Below the pieces are notes generated by a model, which worked only from the letters and a program-made list of their open reading frames with translations, was not told the origin of the DNA and ran no database searches. From Haplodiscus bocki (lineage: Eukaryota): DNA of 64,000 nucleotides. Made by a program: the position numbers and the translations under genes. Where the stretch lies: positions 6,200,001 to 6,264,000 of the forward strand of contig OZ296651.1 in NCBI GenBank assembly GCA_965655095.1. Direction: 5' to 3'. Position 1 is the first letter of the stretch. The number at the start of each line of letters is the position of its first letter. Of this stretch, positions 50,731-64,000 are shown in pieces.

Positions 50731-53700
50731 CCCTTATCGTGCAATTTACTTACGGGCTCTCTAACGATGTGGGGTGTGGACATGTTGACCACTCTCGACA
50801 AACCCCATTTTGGTACCTCCATCATCGGTGTCAGCCAGCTGTTTTCTGTGGCCAGTGCCACAAGCTTTTCAGCTAGAATATAAGCATGCATCTAAAACAC
50901 CATACAGCCTGGAGAGACGACAAACAGTTTTTGGCCAGTATGACAGGACGCCTGAAACCATATTTCGAGGTTGTGGTTTTCCAACGTGTATGTCAACGTC
51001 GAAGTTTTGTTACGTCGGCTGAGCGTACCATGTGTGAAGATGTTGAGCCTGGATCACTGGAAGTCTTCTTTGGCCGTATCCCTTCCCAGGAGATTCAGCT
51101 TGCTGCCATCAGCCTATCAGAGTGGGCCACGCACACCATTACGTAGATCGGAGTTTATAGTTGTCTTATCCCTTCTCTGTTGCTTATTAGTATTTGTTTT
51201 GATTGAAAAACAGTTGAAAAACTCTAGATGTGATAAAATGAAAGAATTTTTCTTAGTAGTTTTGTCTCGAAGAATTCGAGTGACACGCCAGTAGGTAGCA
51301 GCTAAGAAATACAATATTTCTGAGACTGTCAATAACTGCCAGAAAAAGCAGCGGCGCGCACACCACGGGAAACAAAAAATCAAGTGCCATTAAGGCTAAA
51401 TTTGTAACCATATAACTTCGTGGATATGCCATTCGGTCTTTCACCCTGCGAATAAATCCATGGAGACGGATTCCAATCTCTTGGGTTTCGTTCGAAACAA
51501 TTCCACTCGTATTCTTTGTACTTTTTTCCGATACTGCTCATCGAAGAAGTCTACCTTTGGATTACGTTCACCTTGAAACACATCTTCCACAAAAACTTTG
51601 GCCTTTCTGTGCATTTCATAAGTTATCTGGCAGTACAACTTTTCGTCTTCGATCTAATCCATTGACTCAAAATTGTCTTAGAAACCCACGCTTTGGTTTC
51701 TCCACAAAAGGGATTGAACATCGACAATTCTTGCTTTACAGCACCAAGAACAACGGTGGCAGAAAAGTAGCGGGTATGAAAATTCGTCGGTAATCACCAT
51801 ATCAACAGACACGGTTCGAAAATTTCTCGAGAGCTGACTGTGAAACAACTTCGGAGGCAAAGTTTATCAAAATTTCAGAAATCTGGTGCAGTTCTTTGTA
51901 TTGCTCTAACAGGTTACCTGAACCGGATAAAGTGAATGGTGTCAAAAAAGAGCTGTAAATTCATCTTTAGTGAAAAACGGCCACAATATTTTATAAAAAA
52001 GAAAACAAAACACAATCAACCAATCGAAAAACCATTTTGAAAACTCTTTGCTGTTTTGTTCTAAAGTCTGATAGAAATAATAGTGAAAATAGCTCTGTGC
52101 ACCGTTTTTCCAATGTCCTTAGCGAAAATAGGCTGCAAGGTAGAAAAAGAACGAATTCGTCGTTTTACCTTTGCATTTAAACTGCTTACTCCTGATGAGC
52201 ATTTCAACATTGATCAGCCTCAGAATTCACCAGCTTCGCATGTCGTCATTTATTCTCCCAGCGTGAAGTTCCCCCAACTGATTGCAACTTTTTTGTCTAA
52301 CTTTCAGATCGCACACCAAGCAGCCCTTTAGAGACGAAGAAAATATTCAGCTGTTTTGATTGCTCCTGAAGTTGAGAGCATCATCTGCAGCTTGACATCC
52401 TTCACAGTCATACACGTTCCAGGTTTCATGATCTCTAAGTACGAGGTGGGCCTGTTGTAATCGGAGAACCCTCCCACCCTCCCTCGCCCCACCGATTTCT
52501 ACCCTCATATGTGCGACACAGCAGACTCAACTTACGGCAAATTTTTGTGAATGGCTCAACGCGGGCTTTTTCGGCATCGTCAATTGCTCGAATAGGGTGG
52601 CAATATTGTCCATTTTTGTTGCATTTTCCCGGCACTGAAGCTTAAGACTCATTGTTGTAACACTGTCCTGATGGACTTCCAGTTGGTCAGGCAAGCTTTG
52701 AGAACGCTCCTTCTGCTCGTGAAACTCTCCCACCGCTCTGCTGTGCACTCTCAACTTTTTCCTCAGTCTCGAGATTGTTTTCATTTGCTGGTTCAACGAA
52801 AGATTTTAGTTCGAAGTGCTTATTCAACTGCAAAGACTTCAGGAACGCTGTAAAAAATCTCTTCAACTCTAGATTTCATATTTGAGACAAAAAAGACTTC
52901 GTAGTACAACCTCACAGAATCTTCACTAGCACCTTGGCAACGTTTCTAATTCATTATCAAAAAAAGGATGTGTCGCTCAACTGTAGTTTGTTCAGAGAAG
53001 CCGGCCTAAGAAAGATACTACGTTCTATCTCGACTGCGTTTGCTCTTTTTACAAAGTAAAGTCGCCAGTTTCTTTTTCTCCCGCAAGAGTCCACATATCC
53101 TACGTTTACCTTGTACGTAGAATATTAGGTACGTTCCAATTAATCGCCTTTTATGAGGCTGAAAGTATCACATCTCGACTTATTATTCCAGTTGTTTCTT
53201 CTCTAGTACTCCTACTCGGCATTCTCAAGGCCTCACTTTTTGTATGTTTGTACTGCCTTTTCAACTTTCAAAATCGCATAGGCCTGATGTTTGGTTTTCA
53301 AATGGTCTTCGCATATTCCCACATCCGATTGGGTTAAAACAGCCAACTTTTTCAAGTTCCTATTCGTTGACTTCACACCAGTTTCTTCGTGCGCGAACAA
53401 TCTGTCATACAGCGTGAAAAGTCTTTGTAAAAGTTTTTGTCTGATTTCACAACTTAGTTTTTCCGTTACCTTCGCCTTCCTTCTTTCGCTCTTTAGTAGC
53501 ACAAGCTGTTTTTCTAGGTCCTCGGTGATTCGTCCTATTTTAACCTGTTGGAAACTCACGTCGAACTAAATTTCTCGAATCCTTAGTTGTTGGCCCTCAT
53601 TCCCAACAACGATGTGCGCTTCAGCAGTCACCAAAAAACTCTTCCTGAGAATGGTTTTGCCTTTTGGACAAACCCAATTCCTGTCGAGGCCCGAGTGGTT

Positions 53701-53899
53701 GAGCTGCAGAAAATGAGCTCTCATTTTGTTGCTTACAGGGCTCAAAACATCGTCTAAAGCAACTTTCCCGTTCCCAGAAATTCAACTTCGTAGCTGTACT
53801 ATATATTTTTAACGATTAATCCCAATACGCAATGTTGGTATTTTCCCTTTTAAATTTCAAGGCAGTCACCCTGCAGGTTTTCTTTCTCCGAATAAACGT

Positions 53900-56100
53900 C
53901 ATTCTTTGTTGACACTTACCCCGTTTGAAGTGTCGGGTTTATACAAGATTTTGATAATTCCCAAAAGAAGGGTTGAAAGATTCTAAAGCGAAACGAGTCT
54001 TCTTTGGCAGTTGCTTGAGTTTGATTGCGAAAAAAAATTGCTTGGAAAAGGTAACCTAGTACTGTCGAAGTTAAGATGGTCAATCCATATTACACAGCGG
54101 TCCACCAGAAAAGCACTGCACTTTATCAATGTTTCAAAACAATATCAAACAGCCAAGCTGAAACCGAGCTGTCAATGGTGTAAATTCAAAATTGAAAACT
54201 GCTCCTGAGAGTGTTGGCTTGGCAACCGCAGTACATTTTGCTCCCAGATACACTTGTTCGACAATGTCTCAGCATTGCAACTCGACTGCTCCTCCAAAAA
54301 ATCTGTGTAACAAGTCCGATTCCCTTCTAACCGTTCATTTGGCGTGGACTGAGTTCTCGTCTGGTCCTGAAGAAGATTAACGCTAAAACAAATCGAGATT
54401 TTTAAATTCTCCTACCATAAGTAATTCATATGCCTTCGAAAGTCTAATCAAGTTTGCATAAAGAGGATTGCACTCAATCATTGTGTTGTTTTGACAAAAA
54501 GTTCTGGTGAAGGGGGTCAAAAACTTGAGCACCGTTTCGTTGCGGTGGCCCAGTCGAACCGGTATTTCCTCTGTGCAGGAAAGCATCTCCAGCTATGGTA
54601 ACTTCCACTTTCACACAGATATGAAAATAGACGACTCCGCTTGCCCTCCCAAAGTATAGACTTTTTGCTCCTATACCCCCTATCGAACTGTTCGAAACCG
54701 ATGTAACTAAGAGCTTCATTTGAAACCTTACTTGATTACAAAAGATTGCTAAGAAGTAATCTTACTTGATTCACTTGAATAATCTGGAAACCGCTTTCCA
54801 TGCGGATGTTTTCCATCATTTGCAAACCATGCGAAAAACCAACTCTGTGTCATCATTGAGTGGTCCACCGTGTTCAGTTCTGCTTTCGGTAAGTCCAGTA
54901 GCTCGAAAAGGAAACGAACGTTCTGAATGATTGTCAGCACGAGAATTTTATTTTAATCTTCAGAAGTATATCTTTGACCCCGATTGCAAAACAATTCTCC
55001 CGTCGGGAACAAACGAAACCCTCCAGTTAGGCAACTTTTCAATTGCGAAAACTTATTGTTGCGTGGTCGCTAGTAACAATGACAAGTTTCGAACAGAGAA
55101 GGCTTGTTGTGTTCCGAGCTAAATACACAATAATTGCTCGTAATCATTCAGTAAATATGATACTGAATGTCGGTCCTCCAAAAAATCCTGCCAAGTAAAG
55201 AAAGAATCCTCGACTTTCATTTTTTTTTGTTGGGCACCACTTGTCTATTGTGAGCGTCGCAATGATCAATACAGATCCTTCAGTAAAATCTCTTAATGGC
55301 GTGACCCAACCCACAAAGTGAAAAATGCCACCAGGTGACTGAAATATTCAATTGATTCCTCCTTGGCGTGCTCCACTTTGTTCATTCCGACTAAATTCAG
55401 TTGAAAGTCTTCTTTTACGAAACCTGTCAACTTCATTGTTTCATCTACTCACACGAACCGGAATTTTTAGGTCAGTATCAGTAAACCGTTGAAGGTATTT
55501 TTATTTCTGGTGTAAAAAAACCTGCATCATCATCTACGTTAGATTTCGTGGTTTTGGCAACAAGGTATGAAACCTGTTAATAGCAGAGTCTCATATCTAC
55601 CTCAACATTTCAACATTGTCTTCATGGAGAAAAAGTGTTGCCTCAGTGAACTTCGTTCTAACTTTTGTGTCTTGTCAGCATAGATATTAGTCACACATTG
55701 AAAACACTGAGTTTATTACAATAGGCTTGAAATCAAATCTGACTGTTTTATTTTCGTCGCTGAGCGCGGATACGTTGAAGATAAACAAAATCAAAATCAC
55801 TGGGTACAAACAGTTGCGTTGATTGTTCATGTTTCTTCTTTTGTCCTTTGTTACCGGTCAAAGAACCCACGTAGCGGAAACAACATCGTTGTTGCAAAAA
55901 TCACCACTGTCGTTGTGGACGAAACAGTCTCCGAATCGATTTGGGACTGAGCGCACTCGAGTACTCCTTCACCTGTGTGGGGAACGGATTTTTTTCTAAA
56001 TTTCTTCACTACAGGTTTTTCCGCAACGTTCAGAGACCTGTGAGTATTTTCACCATTCTTCGCAACCAGGCTGACCTGCCTTGACCTAGGTCTTCGATTT
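53900..56100 (-). mobile_element. Env-like (class III fusion / chuvirus-G-like) glycoprotein remnant downstream of the Gypsy integrase; boundaries approximate
   Basis: ORFs 54474..54719 and 54383..54586 joined by a frameshift read GRASGVVYFHICVKVEV...CTEEIPV...FLTPFTRTF...IECNP. Confidence 0.55.
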
Positions 56101-56299
56101 CTCCTGAAAGTTTGAAGTTCCTTTGGTTATTTCCCTGAAGCGAGACATCCCTTCTGCTGAAATCTCGAGTTCTGTAGGACCTATATATAACGTTCTCTCT
56201 ACCGCAATTTCACAAAAATTGTCATTCGCGTCGTTGAATGAGGAATTTGGCGCCTTCCCGTCTGTTCCCTAAACGCTGCTGTTGATTCGCGCAAAGATT

Positions 56300-59000
56300 C
56301 GCTACCTTGTCTTGTCTTTTTTTAACCTATCATGTTGTATTTTTACAATTTTTTAAGTATTCATTACAGACGCGGAAGTTCATATCGTTTACAATTTCGA
56401 TAATTGTGTAGTGTCCCTTTTGAAGGAAGTGAACTTGTTCGTTCCCCCTTTTTTCACGATTAGGAAGATAACAGGAACTTCTTTGATTTCACTGTACGTA
56501 GGACCATGATTAGGGTGATCGTAGTAGGTTTTTTGGAGACTCTGTTCTAGTGCCAATTTTCCTTTCATGAGATGATGTGCTCCTGCATTTCTCAATTGGT
56601 ACTAAAGCTGAAACCGCCTGGTGCTGGAAAAAAATCTGTTTGATGTGTATCGTATTTACTTTTATCTGGCAGTCTCAAAAACGTTCCAAGAACTTAATAC
56701 GAAGGACTACACATCGTCATTGCGTGTACCAAATATTGTTAGACCATCAAAATTGGTTGACCATATCTTCCTAATTCACTTTGATGATCATCCACAAACC
56801 TAGAGAGGTTTCATCCACTTTTCTGTTGGTTTTTTTATTTAAAGGATTTCCTTCAACGTGGAGGGACCTCGTTGAATTCTTTCCAGTTCCTAATATCCAA
56901 CAGAGGTCTTGAAGCAGATCAGACTTGGAGTTTGTTCCATCATCACCGGGGTGGTTGACAGGGCACCCAAACCCAGTCATCCACATTTCGACTAAAGTTC
57001 GGTCGACCTTTTGTGCTTCTTGAACTGGCAATAACAAGGACTCACACCGTTTGCTAAACTGATCTCTGGTTGAAATATCATACTAAAAACCCTCGACAAT
57101 ATACTGGGATCCAATTACAGCGACAGACACTTGCCAGAAAAGGTGATAAGGCTGCCAAGTTGTTGGACTATATCTGTGTTTTTGCCGCATACTATTCCAT
57201 CTCAGGCATTAATATCAATCCGATCTCTCAAATTACTTTTCATGCCGGGTAATACAAAACACTCCAGGGACCTGTGATATAATTTTGCGAAACTATAAAG
57301 CCCCCTAATGGGAGATTTGAGAAGTATTGGTAGAATTTGTGGAATTTGGATGTTAGCGGGATTTCCTTGGTACATTAGTTGACCACATTTCTCAAGTTAT
57401 CTTTTCTGTTAAAAATTTCATCGCTTCTGCCTGTTTTCCTAAAATCAACCCAAAACTTCCATTGTTCTTTTGAGGCTGCCGGCATGTGTCGCCGATCGAG
57501 CCTTTGATTGTTTTGCAGCCAGTCAGTTTTTAATCTTGTTTTTGCTTCATTTCAATGCTTTTCCGGCCAAAAGTTTGCGGTAGTGGTCATGGATCAGATA
57601 AAATCTTCTGAATTTCTGTATAGACTATTGTTAACGCGGCTATATTGGTCGTTACACCGCTATCGTCGAGTTGCACTTGTAACCGACAGTCAAATAAAGA
57701 AATTTTTATACCGCGTTTTGTTCGTTTTCGCAGTCAAACAACCCTTAGTGATTCAAGTCATCCTACAAAAAAACTCCAGTGTATTCAAAACTACTGAACC
57801 AAACGTACGCTCTATGACCTGATGCCATAACAAATTCCCAGCCAATCAAATAAGATTAGATTTTATTTGTAAAATGCATCAATGCTTTTTAATTGTGCAT
57901 CTGAAATTAAGGTATACTCATTGCGTTTAGTTGGGTCGCCACGGTAGGTAGCAATGTTGGTTTCTTTCTCAACTCTCACTGCGCATCTTCGTATTTTTTG
58001 GTCGCCAGGAACTTTTTTCTTTCTGCAGTTTATGCGACCCATAGCCCACCCGTTTCTTAGAAAAACCCATCTGTACTAACCATCCTTTTGTAGCTTTGAA
58101 TTTTCGATTCCTCATAGCTGTCTAAACTCGCTATGCAGTAATTTTTTGCGCCCGGCTCAGAATGTCGTGTCAAAATTAATGTCAGAAGCGCTGAAAGTTT
58201 TGTATTTGGTCCTGAGTTCAATCATAGGTTACCGTGTGATTTTGCTCGGAACCGGTATTGTTCCTTTAAATACAGCACGCAACCAATTTCTATCAAAATT
58301 TCCAAACTGTTTGGACAATGAAACGTGTGTACATTCGATCTTAGTAAGGCAGCCCCAAACGCGGATGCGAACTTTCTGCGCTGAGCTACAAGCTCTACTC
58401 TTCCTGTCAAGGCATTGATGAAATGTTCGCTGAAATAAGTTTCCCTTTGTAGTCTTCCACAGCACCACTGCATCCCAGTGATTAGAAAAAAATTGTAGTT
58501 AACTTGAGATATTTGCTGCCGCTGCCTTCGAACCGAGAGGACTATTTATTGGGTATCAGCAGCGTCGCGTATATTGTTCGCGTTCCCTCTGTTTTCCTTT
58601 TCCCTCGTCTTTCTCACCATGGCCATATTACGATCGGGAAATTGTGCACCGATCTCCACAAAGACAGCAAGCTTTTGTAGCTTAAAAAGTGGTATTTTTT
58701 CCTGAAGTTTTGTGAACTTGCACAAATAAAGCAACATTTGCACTCCCACGGACAATAGCCAATTCATCCGCAGTTTCAGCAGGTATCACTTTGCAACCTC
58801 AATTCTCGATTGCATCCAGAAAACTTCTGTCCAGATTGTGATCGTTCTCGTCTTCATGAGGATCTTCCTGGAGTTGGGACTCTGTATGTGCCTCCCCTAT
58901 AACTGCTACTCCGTCTGCTTCCTTTACCGTAATCCCCAGTTCTTTGGTTCGATCAATTTCTCTTGAGCTGCTCCTTCTTAAGTTGTTTTTTTTTCAAAGC
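56300..59000 (-). mobile_element. Decayed Ty3/Gypsy pol (RT-RNaseH-integrase)
   Basis: Integrase core WMTGFGCPVNHPGDDGTNSKSDLLQDLCWILGTGKNSTRSLHVEGN (ORF 56771..57037). Weaker RT and RNaseH remnants at 57500-58450. Confidence 0.8.
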
Positions 59001-60539
59001 GAACCACGGTTGTCACTTCGCGAACCTCACGAGAGAGACAAAACTTCAACGATAATATTCACAGAGTTAGTCCTTTCATCTGTTTTGTCAGGTTGATGAA
59101 GTGCAACTTTCCGTTCCTTTCCTTCTTCCTCAATTCTCTTAACGGCTTCAAGTGGTAGTGTTTTCTCTCACACTGTTGTGATTGTCAGTTCTGCATCTGA
59201 GAAGTTCTTCCTAAAATGATGTCTGATTTGGTTGCTTTGAAGTTGTTCCAAGAATCCACTTACTACTAAACGACCTCAAAACCCTTTAGCCTCCTCCCGG
59301 TAGACTTTCGAGGCCAGAAATGGCAAATCTTCGGAATTCACTATTAATTTTTCACCCAGATATTGGATTTTCCACGCAAGCGGTTTCCGAATACGACTGG
59401 TTTCTCAGCCTACTGCGTGTTGAATGCTCGAACTGTTTCTTTACCTCACTTCCGGTGCATCCATTAAAGTGCGCTGGAAACCAACGTCTGGATTTTGGAA
59501 TCGAAATGGAAAATGGTGGGACCGTTCATCATTTCAGCTTTTTTGCCGTACCGCGCTTCAGTTTTTCTCCACCATGGATATGCTCCAAAAGCTAGAAAGC
59601 AGCTACATAGTTCTCAATGTCACTGAAGCCAGTGAAGGTTTCCGGTAACAGCAACCTGCAAAATGCCCGTACCCACAGTTTTATTCAACCGACCTGAAAC
59701 TACTTTGAATCAATTTCTATCTCGTAAACTCTGTTTTTGTTTCTTATGTTGTTTTTAGAAATTTAACGCCTTTTCTGTTTACTTTGTGTCCTTACGGAAA
59801 ATTAGAAGGAAGCGAATTTGCAGCACAGAACACAAACCAGCCAAAATACTTTGAAACTTTTTGATTTCCAGTGAAATATTGAAACCTTTGTTTCCCTGCT
59901 GGGTCTTGGCAAATTTTCATTCCTTTTTTATGATGTCTGACCGAGTGTCTATTGTAAGACGTTTGAGGATAACTTTTGGTCTTGATTTATCCGGAAACTA
60001 CTGTTTGAATGATTTCGGGTTTTTTGAAGCAGTTTTATGATTTTACTTAGTAACGACTAAAAATTTTTTTTTAACATACCTGCAAGTTTTTAGCAGTCAC
60101 TATCAACTAACACTATCAAAGTTTCAAGTTTATACCTCATCTCGAAACGAAAACTTTCGGAGCTGTTGGGGAGTGAGTTCAGTGGAGCCAACAGCCTATG
60201 CTTCTCGGCTTTTTTGAGGAAAGTCAAAAAATGATGAGCAGACGGAGTATTTTTATCGGACGAAGAGAAAAAGGTTCTTATGGAATTCATTTGAGAAGAG
60301 GTCTATCGAAATCGGAACAACTTGCTGAGAAGTTTTAGCTCAACATAAACAAACGGCCAAAATCTCATTTTTCCCAAATACTCCACATCCAGGCACTTTA
60401 TGGGCAAAACTCGCCCTCATCTGGAAGAAAACATAGTTTTGTTTAGCTGATCCGTCGGAACTGAACGAACAGCTGTTTCTTCCATGGCACATTCACCGCC
60501 AAAGCGCGATAGTGTCTTTGCGAAAATTTTCAACTACGA

Positions 60540-61100
60540 AAACGAAGTTTTATGGATTGTCACATACATATTATTTCATAAGGCTTCAAAAAATGGTCGT
60601 TTCTGATGATCAGTTTGCTTGCTCAAAGTTTTTTTTTCTTAGGTATTCAGGAATTCTTTTTTCTCCTTCCAAATGCTGATGACACAAGTTTGTTCACAAG
60701 AAAACAGGGTGCGATGGCTTTAGAAATTGCAAATGTTGAGCAAAAACAGCGGTGTCATTAATTGAACGTCAAAAAGCTGGCGCTGAGGGTAGAGAAATCT
60801 CAAGTTCTTTGTTAAGAAAATGAGGCTCCTCTATATCGAAGGACAAAAAAGTTAACATATGAGACTGGTATTTATTTTGGATTACCTCGCCATGCAAAAT
60901 TGTAATTTACCAACCATATTTTTTCTGAAGTGAATTGAGAGCCGAATAACTTCTCTAGTCTGGCCATCCTTCATTATCGTGGTTGTATAAGACATCACTT
61001 TAAAAAATCAATCACTCCAAGAAACCTATTCTTCTCCAACGTGGATTGATTCAAGTTTGTACCAGAAGAACACACTTGGTGAATTTAAAATTTCAGCAAA
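60540..61100 (+). mobile_element. Decayed L2/CR1-like LINE RT fragment
   Basis: ADDTSLF at ~60675 (YADD motif), followed by LNVKKLALRVEKSQV, matching W...NKL.LN..KT. Confidence 0.6.
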
Positions 61101-61660
61101 ATTTTCTCGCCTTGTATGTTTCAAGAAAAGTTGTTTCCCTAAACTAATGTAACTCAAGCAAAAAGATATCTTCATAAATATAAGGTTGCTGTTTTCGAAA
61201 ACTGCAAGCTTACGCTGATTTCTAACCGAGATGAGCAAAACTCTCGTTTTTGAATCCCTTGTCAAAGTAATTCGAATTACCTGGAAACGCTTATTGTTGC
61301 CTCCGGAAGCTTCAAAGTTACAACAATGATCAAAGCTCTGATACAAAAATAATTTCGAACACGTGGTGCTCATTTACTCACTTCTCTTATTCCCAATGGT
61401 GATCTAAATGTTAAAATTAGTACTTTGATACTTTATCTTTGTCAGAATTACTGTGGAGCCCTGGGAAACAAATTCTACTGTCAACTAACTACCGAAAAAA
61501 ACTTCTGTTTTTGTGCAGCACTTCTGATGACTTGTTCGATTTTCCCTCTACAATAAACCCAATTGACGTTCTCAAAGCCCCTTCTATTGTGCTTTCTCAA
61601 ACTGTATATGATGTTATATAAAACAAAACGCAAAAAGAGAACGTTGTTTTTTTCTGACCA

Positions 61661-61711
61661 CCTCCTCCTCCTCCTCCTCCTCCTCCTCCTCCTCCTCCTC
61701 CTCCTCCTCCT
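61661..61711. repeat. (CCT)17 microsatellite
   Basis: Directly visible. Confidence 0.97.
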
Positions 61712-62329
61712 CTTTCTGCTCCTGCTCAAAAATTAAATAGCTGCGGATAAAACCAGTCAAACCCGATTCCGACTTTAACTGGTATAGTCCTCACAAATGT
61801 TAAGGTACCACAGAAATTATCAAATTTGTTCTCATATTCGTATTTGAGGTCAGTGAAGTTTTTGTCACGCTCCAGGTAAAATTTACTTTTCACTCAATAA
61901 AAATTCATTTGAGCTACAGAAAGGCAAAGTATATTATGAAAAAAGCCTTGAAAAGTGCTATTCAATGATAAAAGTTCCGAAAACAATGACTGAAAGTATT
62001 ACCATCAAAACCCTGAAATAACAATGTTATGGTAGAACAGTTTGCATTGACGGTCTGATAGTGTTTACTAAATCGCGTTCTGGATTTTGAAAAATTTGTT
62101 CCTTTTAACCACAGTCGAAAGAATCCATCTTGTTGACTTGAATCCTCTCATTTCTATCTCTTTATTAACAAAGTATTTACACCTGAAAATGAACAACTTA
62201 TCAATTTCAGATAGATCATCCTAATCAAATCCGATTCTTATATAATTATTTACTTTATCTGTTTTGTTTCAATCCATAAACATATAATTTCCTGTTCAAG
62301 AACATCTTCGTGCTTCATGTACGATTTGC

Positions 62330-63860
62330 AAGCTGTCATATTATTCATTCTCTCAAAACCTCTTTTTTCAGCCATTTCTTCTTCAGCATTCATTGAGGTT
62401 TCTTTAGCAGTCTCGAACTTAACAACATATGTTCTTGGCGATTAATATCCCACATACCATGGAAGCATTTCATCTTTCTCGTTTGGAGGTTGTCTTTTTA
62501 ACAACTTAATATTAGTAGAATAGGTTTTCTTCTGACTTAATGGATCCAAGCATAATTTACAAGCTCTCTCTACCTCGCCATTGAAACATTTCAATTTATG
62601 TTATATAACACAATCGAAGCAAAAATTTCCATTATTACAGTCTAAACAACCTGGTTTTCTATGTTGTATTTTTATTTTTTCAAACATTTCAATCGAATCA
62701 AGCGAAAACCTGCCTGATACGGTTTTTCTTCCCGATAACCATATGAAATCATTGAGTTTTTTCATCCTATGTTCTTCGCTATAAGCTTCAAAACTGCGTT
62801 TAGCCAAAATCACTCTGTTATCATTATCAACCAAGCAAAACTTCGTTTTAGGGCCCATGAATTGAACATAGAGTTTCCTGCATTACCGTAGTCGTCCTTA
62901 CCAAGTCCGAGAGTTTTACCGACGAAACCGTAATCAACTAACCCAGACCTTTGTTTTCTATGAATATAAGCACTATCGGCATCTCCATAGTAGATATCGT
63001 TGCTGTATAAAACATCTAAATCCCGAATAACATTATTCACTAATCGTCTAGAATGACCTAATATATAGCTTCCTGGCTGGCAAGGCATTGGAATAATTGA
63101 TTTTGCTAGATCTTGATCGTCAACAACTGCATCATTTTCTAATTTAACTATTAAATTACTATTTTTCTCAGGGCACCAATCTTTAACCCTATCATCATGA
63201 TTAAGTTTCATCCAGTTTTTTGTTACATGCTTATACAGACCGTTAATATCCTTTCGAAAATTCCCTCCAAAAACGCTAAAATTTAATTTTTTAGACAGTC
63301 CCTGTAACAAATCTTTCCCTTGTTTTTTTTAGAGATCACGTTCAGCAACCACGTCGTTCACAAAATCTACATACGGATTAAGTCGCATGTTATAACAGAA
63401 AATCCCTTCATGCACCTCTAAAACAACGCCTCTGCATTTAACTCTTTCAACAGTATCAACAGTTTAGGGTATCGATAATTATACCGGTTCGAGAACGATT
63501 GGTCACTTCTAGCTTATTGTTTTTATAAATTTTTTCTCTTATCGGGATATGCTGAAGGATTAAATTCTCGGGATTACGATGTTTTACTGTTAAACAGGCA
63601 GATTTATTTAATTCCTCCCATCTACCGCTATTAAGTACTTCAAAAACAGCGTCATTCATATATTTTCTAAAAGGATAAGATGTTTCTATTGCCGACCATG
63701 CACTATTTTTATCAGCTTCAACGCTCGGATGTAGAAGGTTGAAATCACATCAAACCAATAAGTCATGCTTATTTATCCTCCGCAATGTTTTACTAACCCC
63801 CAAATCACCAAACTTTTTTATTTCCAAAGTCTTTCATCCATTTATATCTATTCTACATGC
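62330..63860 (-). mobile_element. Polinton/Maverick-type DNA polymerase B pseudogene fragment
   Basis: PolB motifs in order: CDFNLLHPS (~63740, DxxSLYPS), KKLNFSVFG (KxxxNSxYG), YYGDADSAYI (YxDTDS). Stops and frameshifts present. Confidence 0.85.
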
Positions 63861-64000
63861 TGTCATATTATTTATTTTCCCAAAAAGTCTTTTTTCATTA
63901 TTTGGTTTTTCAGCATTTATTAAAACATGTTTCGAAGTCTCAAAACTAATCAGAGATGTTTTTGGTTTGTATTCTCCTACATACCATGGAAGCATTGGAT
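63860..64000 (-). mobile_element. C-terminal tail of a second PolB copy; runs off the window edge
   Basis: MLPWYVGEYKPKTSLISFETSKHVLINAEK is homologous to MLPWYVGY*SPRTYVVKFETAKETSMNAEE at ~62470-62380. Confidence 0.7.

Noticed and set aside
48000-60000. Paired LTRs delimiting the minus-strand Gypsy
   Set aside because: I could not find convincing direct repeats by eye, so the element boundaries remain undefined.
61481-61729. Poly-arginine (protamine-like) ORF
   Set aside because: It is the translation of the (CCT)n microsatellite, with a non-ATG start.

Overview
AT-rich, repeat-dominated eukaryotic genomic DNA with spliceosomal introns, most likely an invertebrate animal; the taxon cannot be established from the sequence. 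Five host genes are recognisable. (1) A 2-exon double-C2H2 zinc-finger gene (minus, 10874-7589). (2) Head-to-head with it, a 4-exon secreted clusterin-family gene (plus, 12533-31592, about 489 aa by my exon model) that keeps both five-cysteine clusters, which is notable outside vertebrates. (3-5) A tight same-strand cluster on the minus strand: C3orf33-like (SNase-fold), BolA2, and a second double-C2H2 gene. Its splice signals allow an in-frame C3orf33-BolA2 fusion and/or operon-like processing. The rest is decayed mobile DNA: two Ty3/Gypsy remnants (one with an env-like class III fusion glycoprotein remnant and a neighbouring decayed JmjC-like ORF), several LINE fragments (L2/CR1-like and RTE), tandem Polinton-type PolB remnants, many Helentron/DINE-like non-autonomous elements with sub-terminal inverted repeats, minisatellite cores and tRNA-derived segments, and microsatellites. 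Protein homologies were recognised by eye from motifs and need HMM confirmation.
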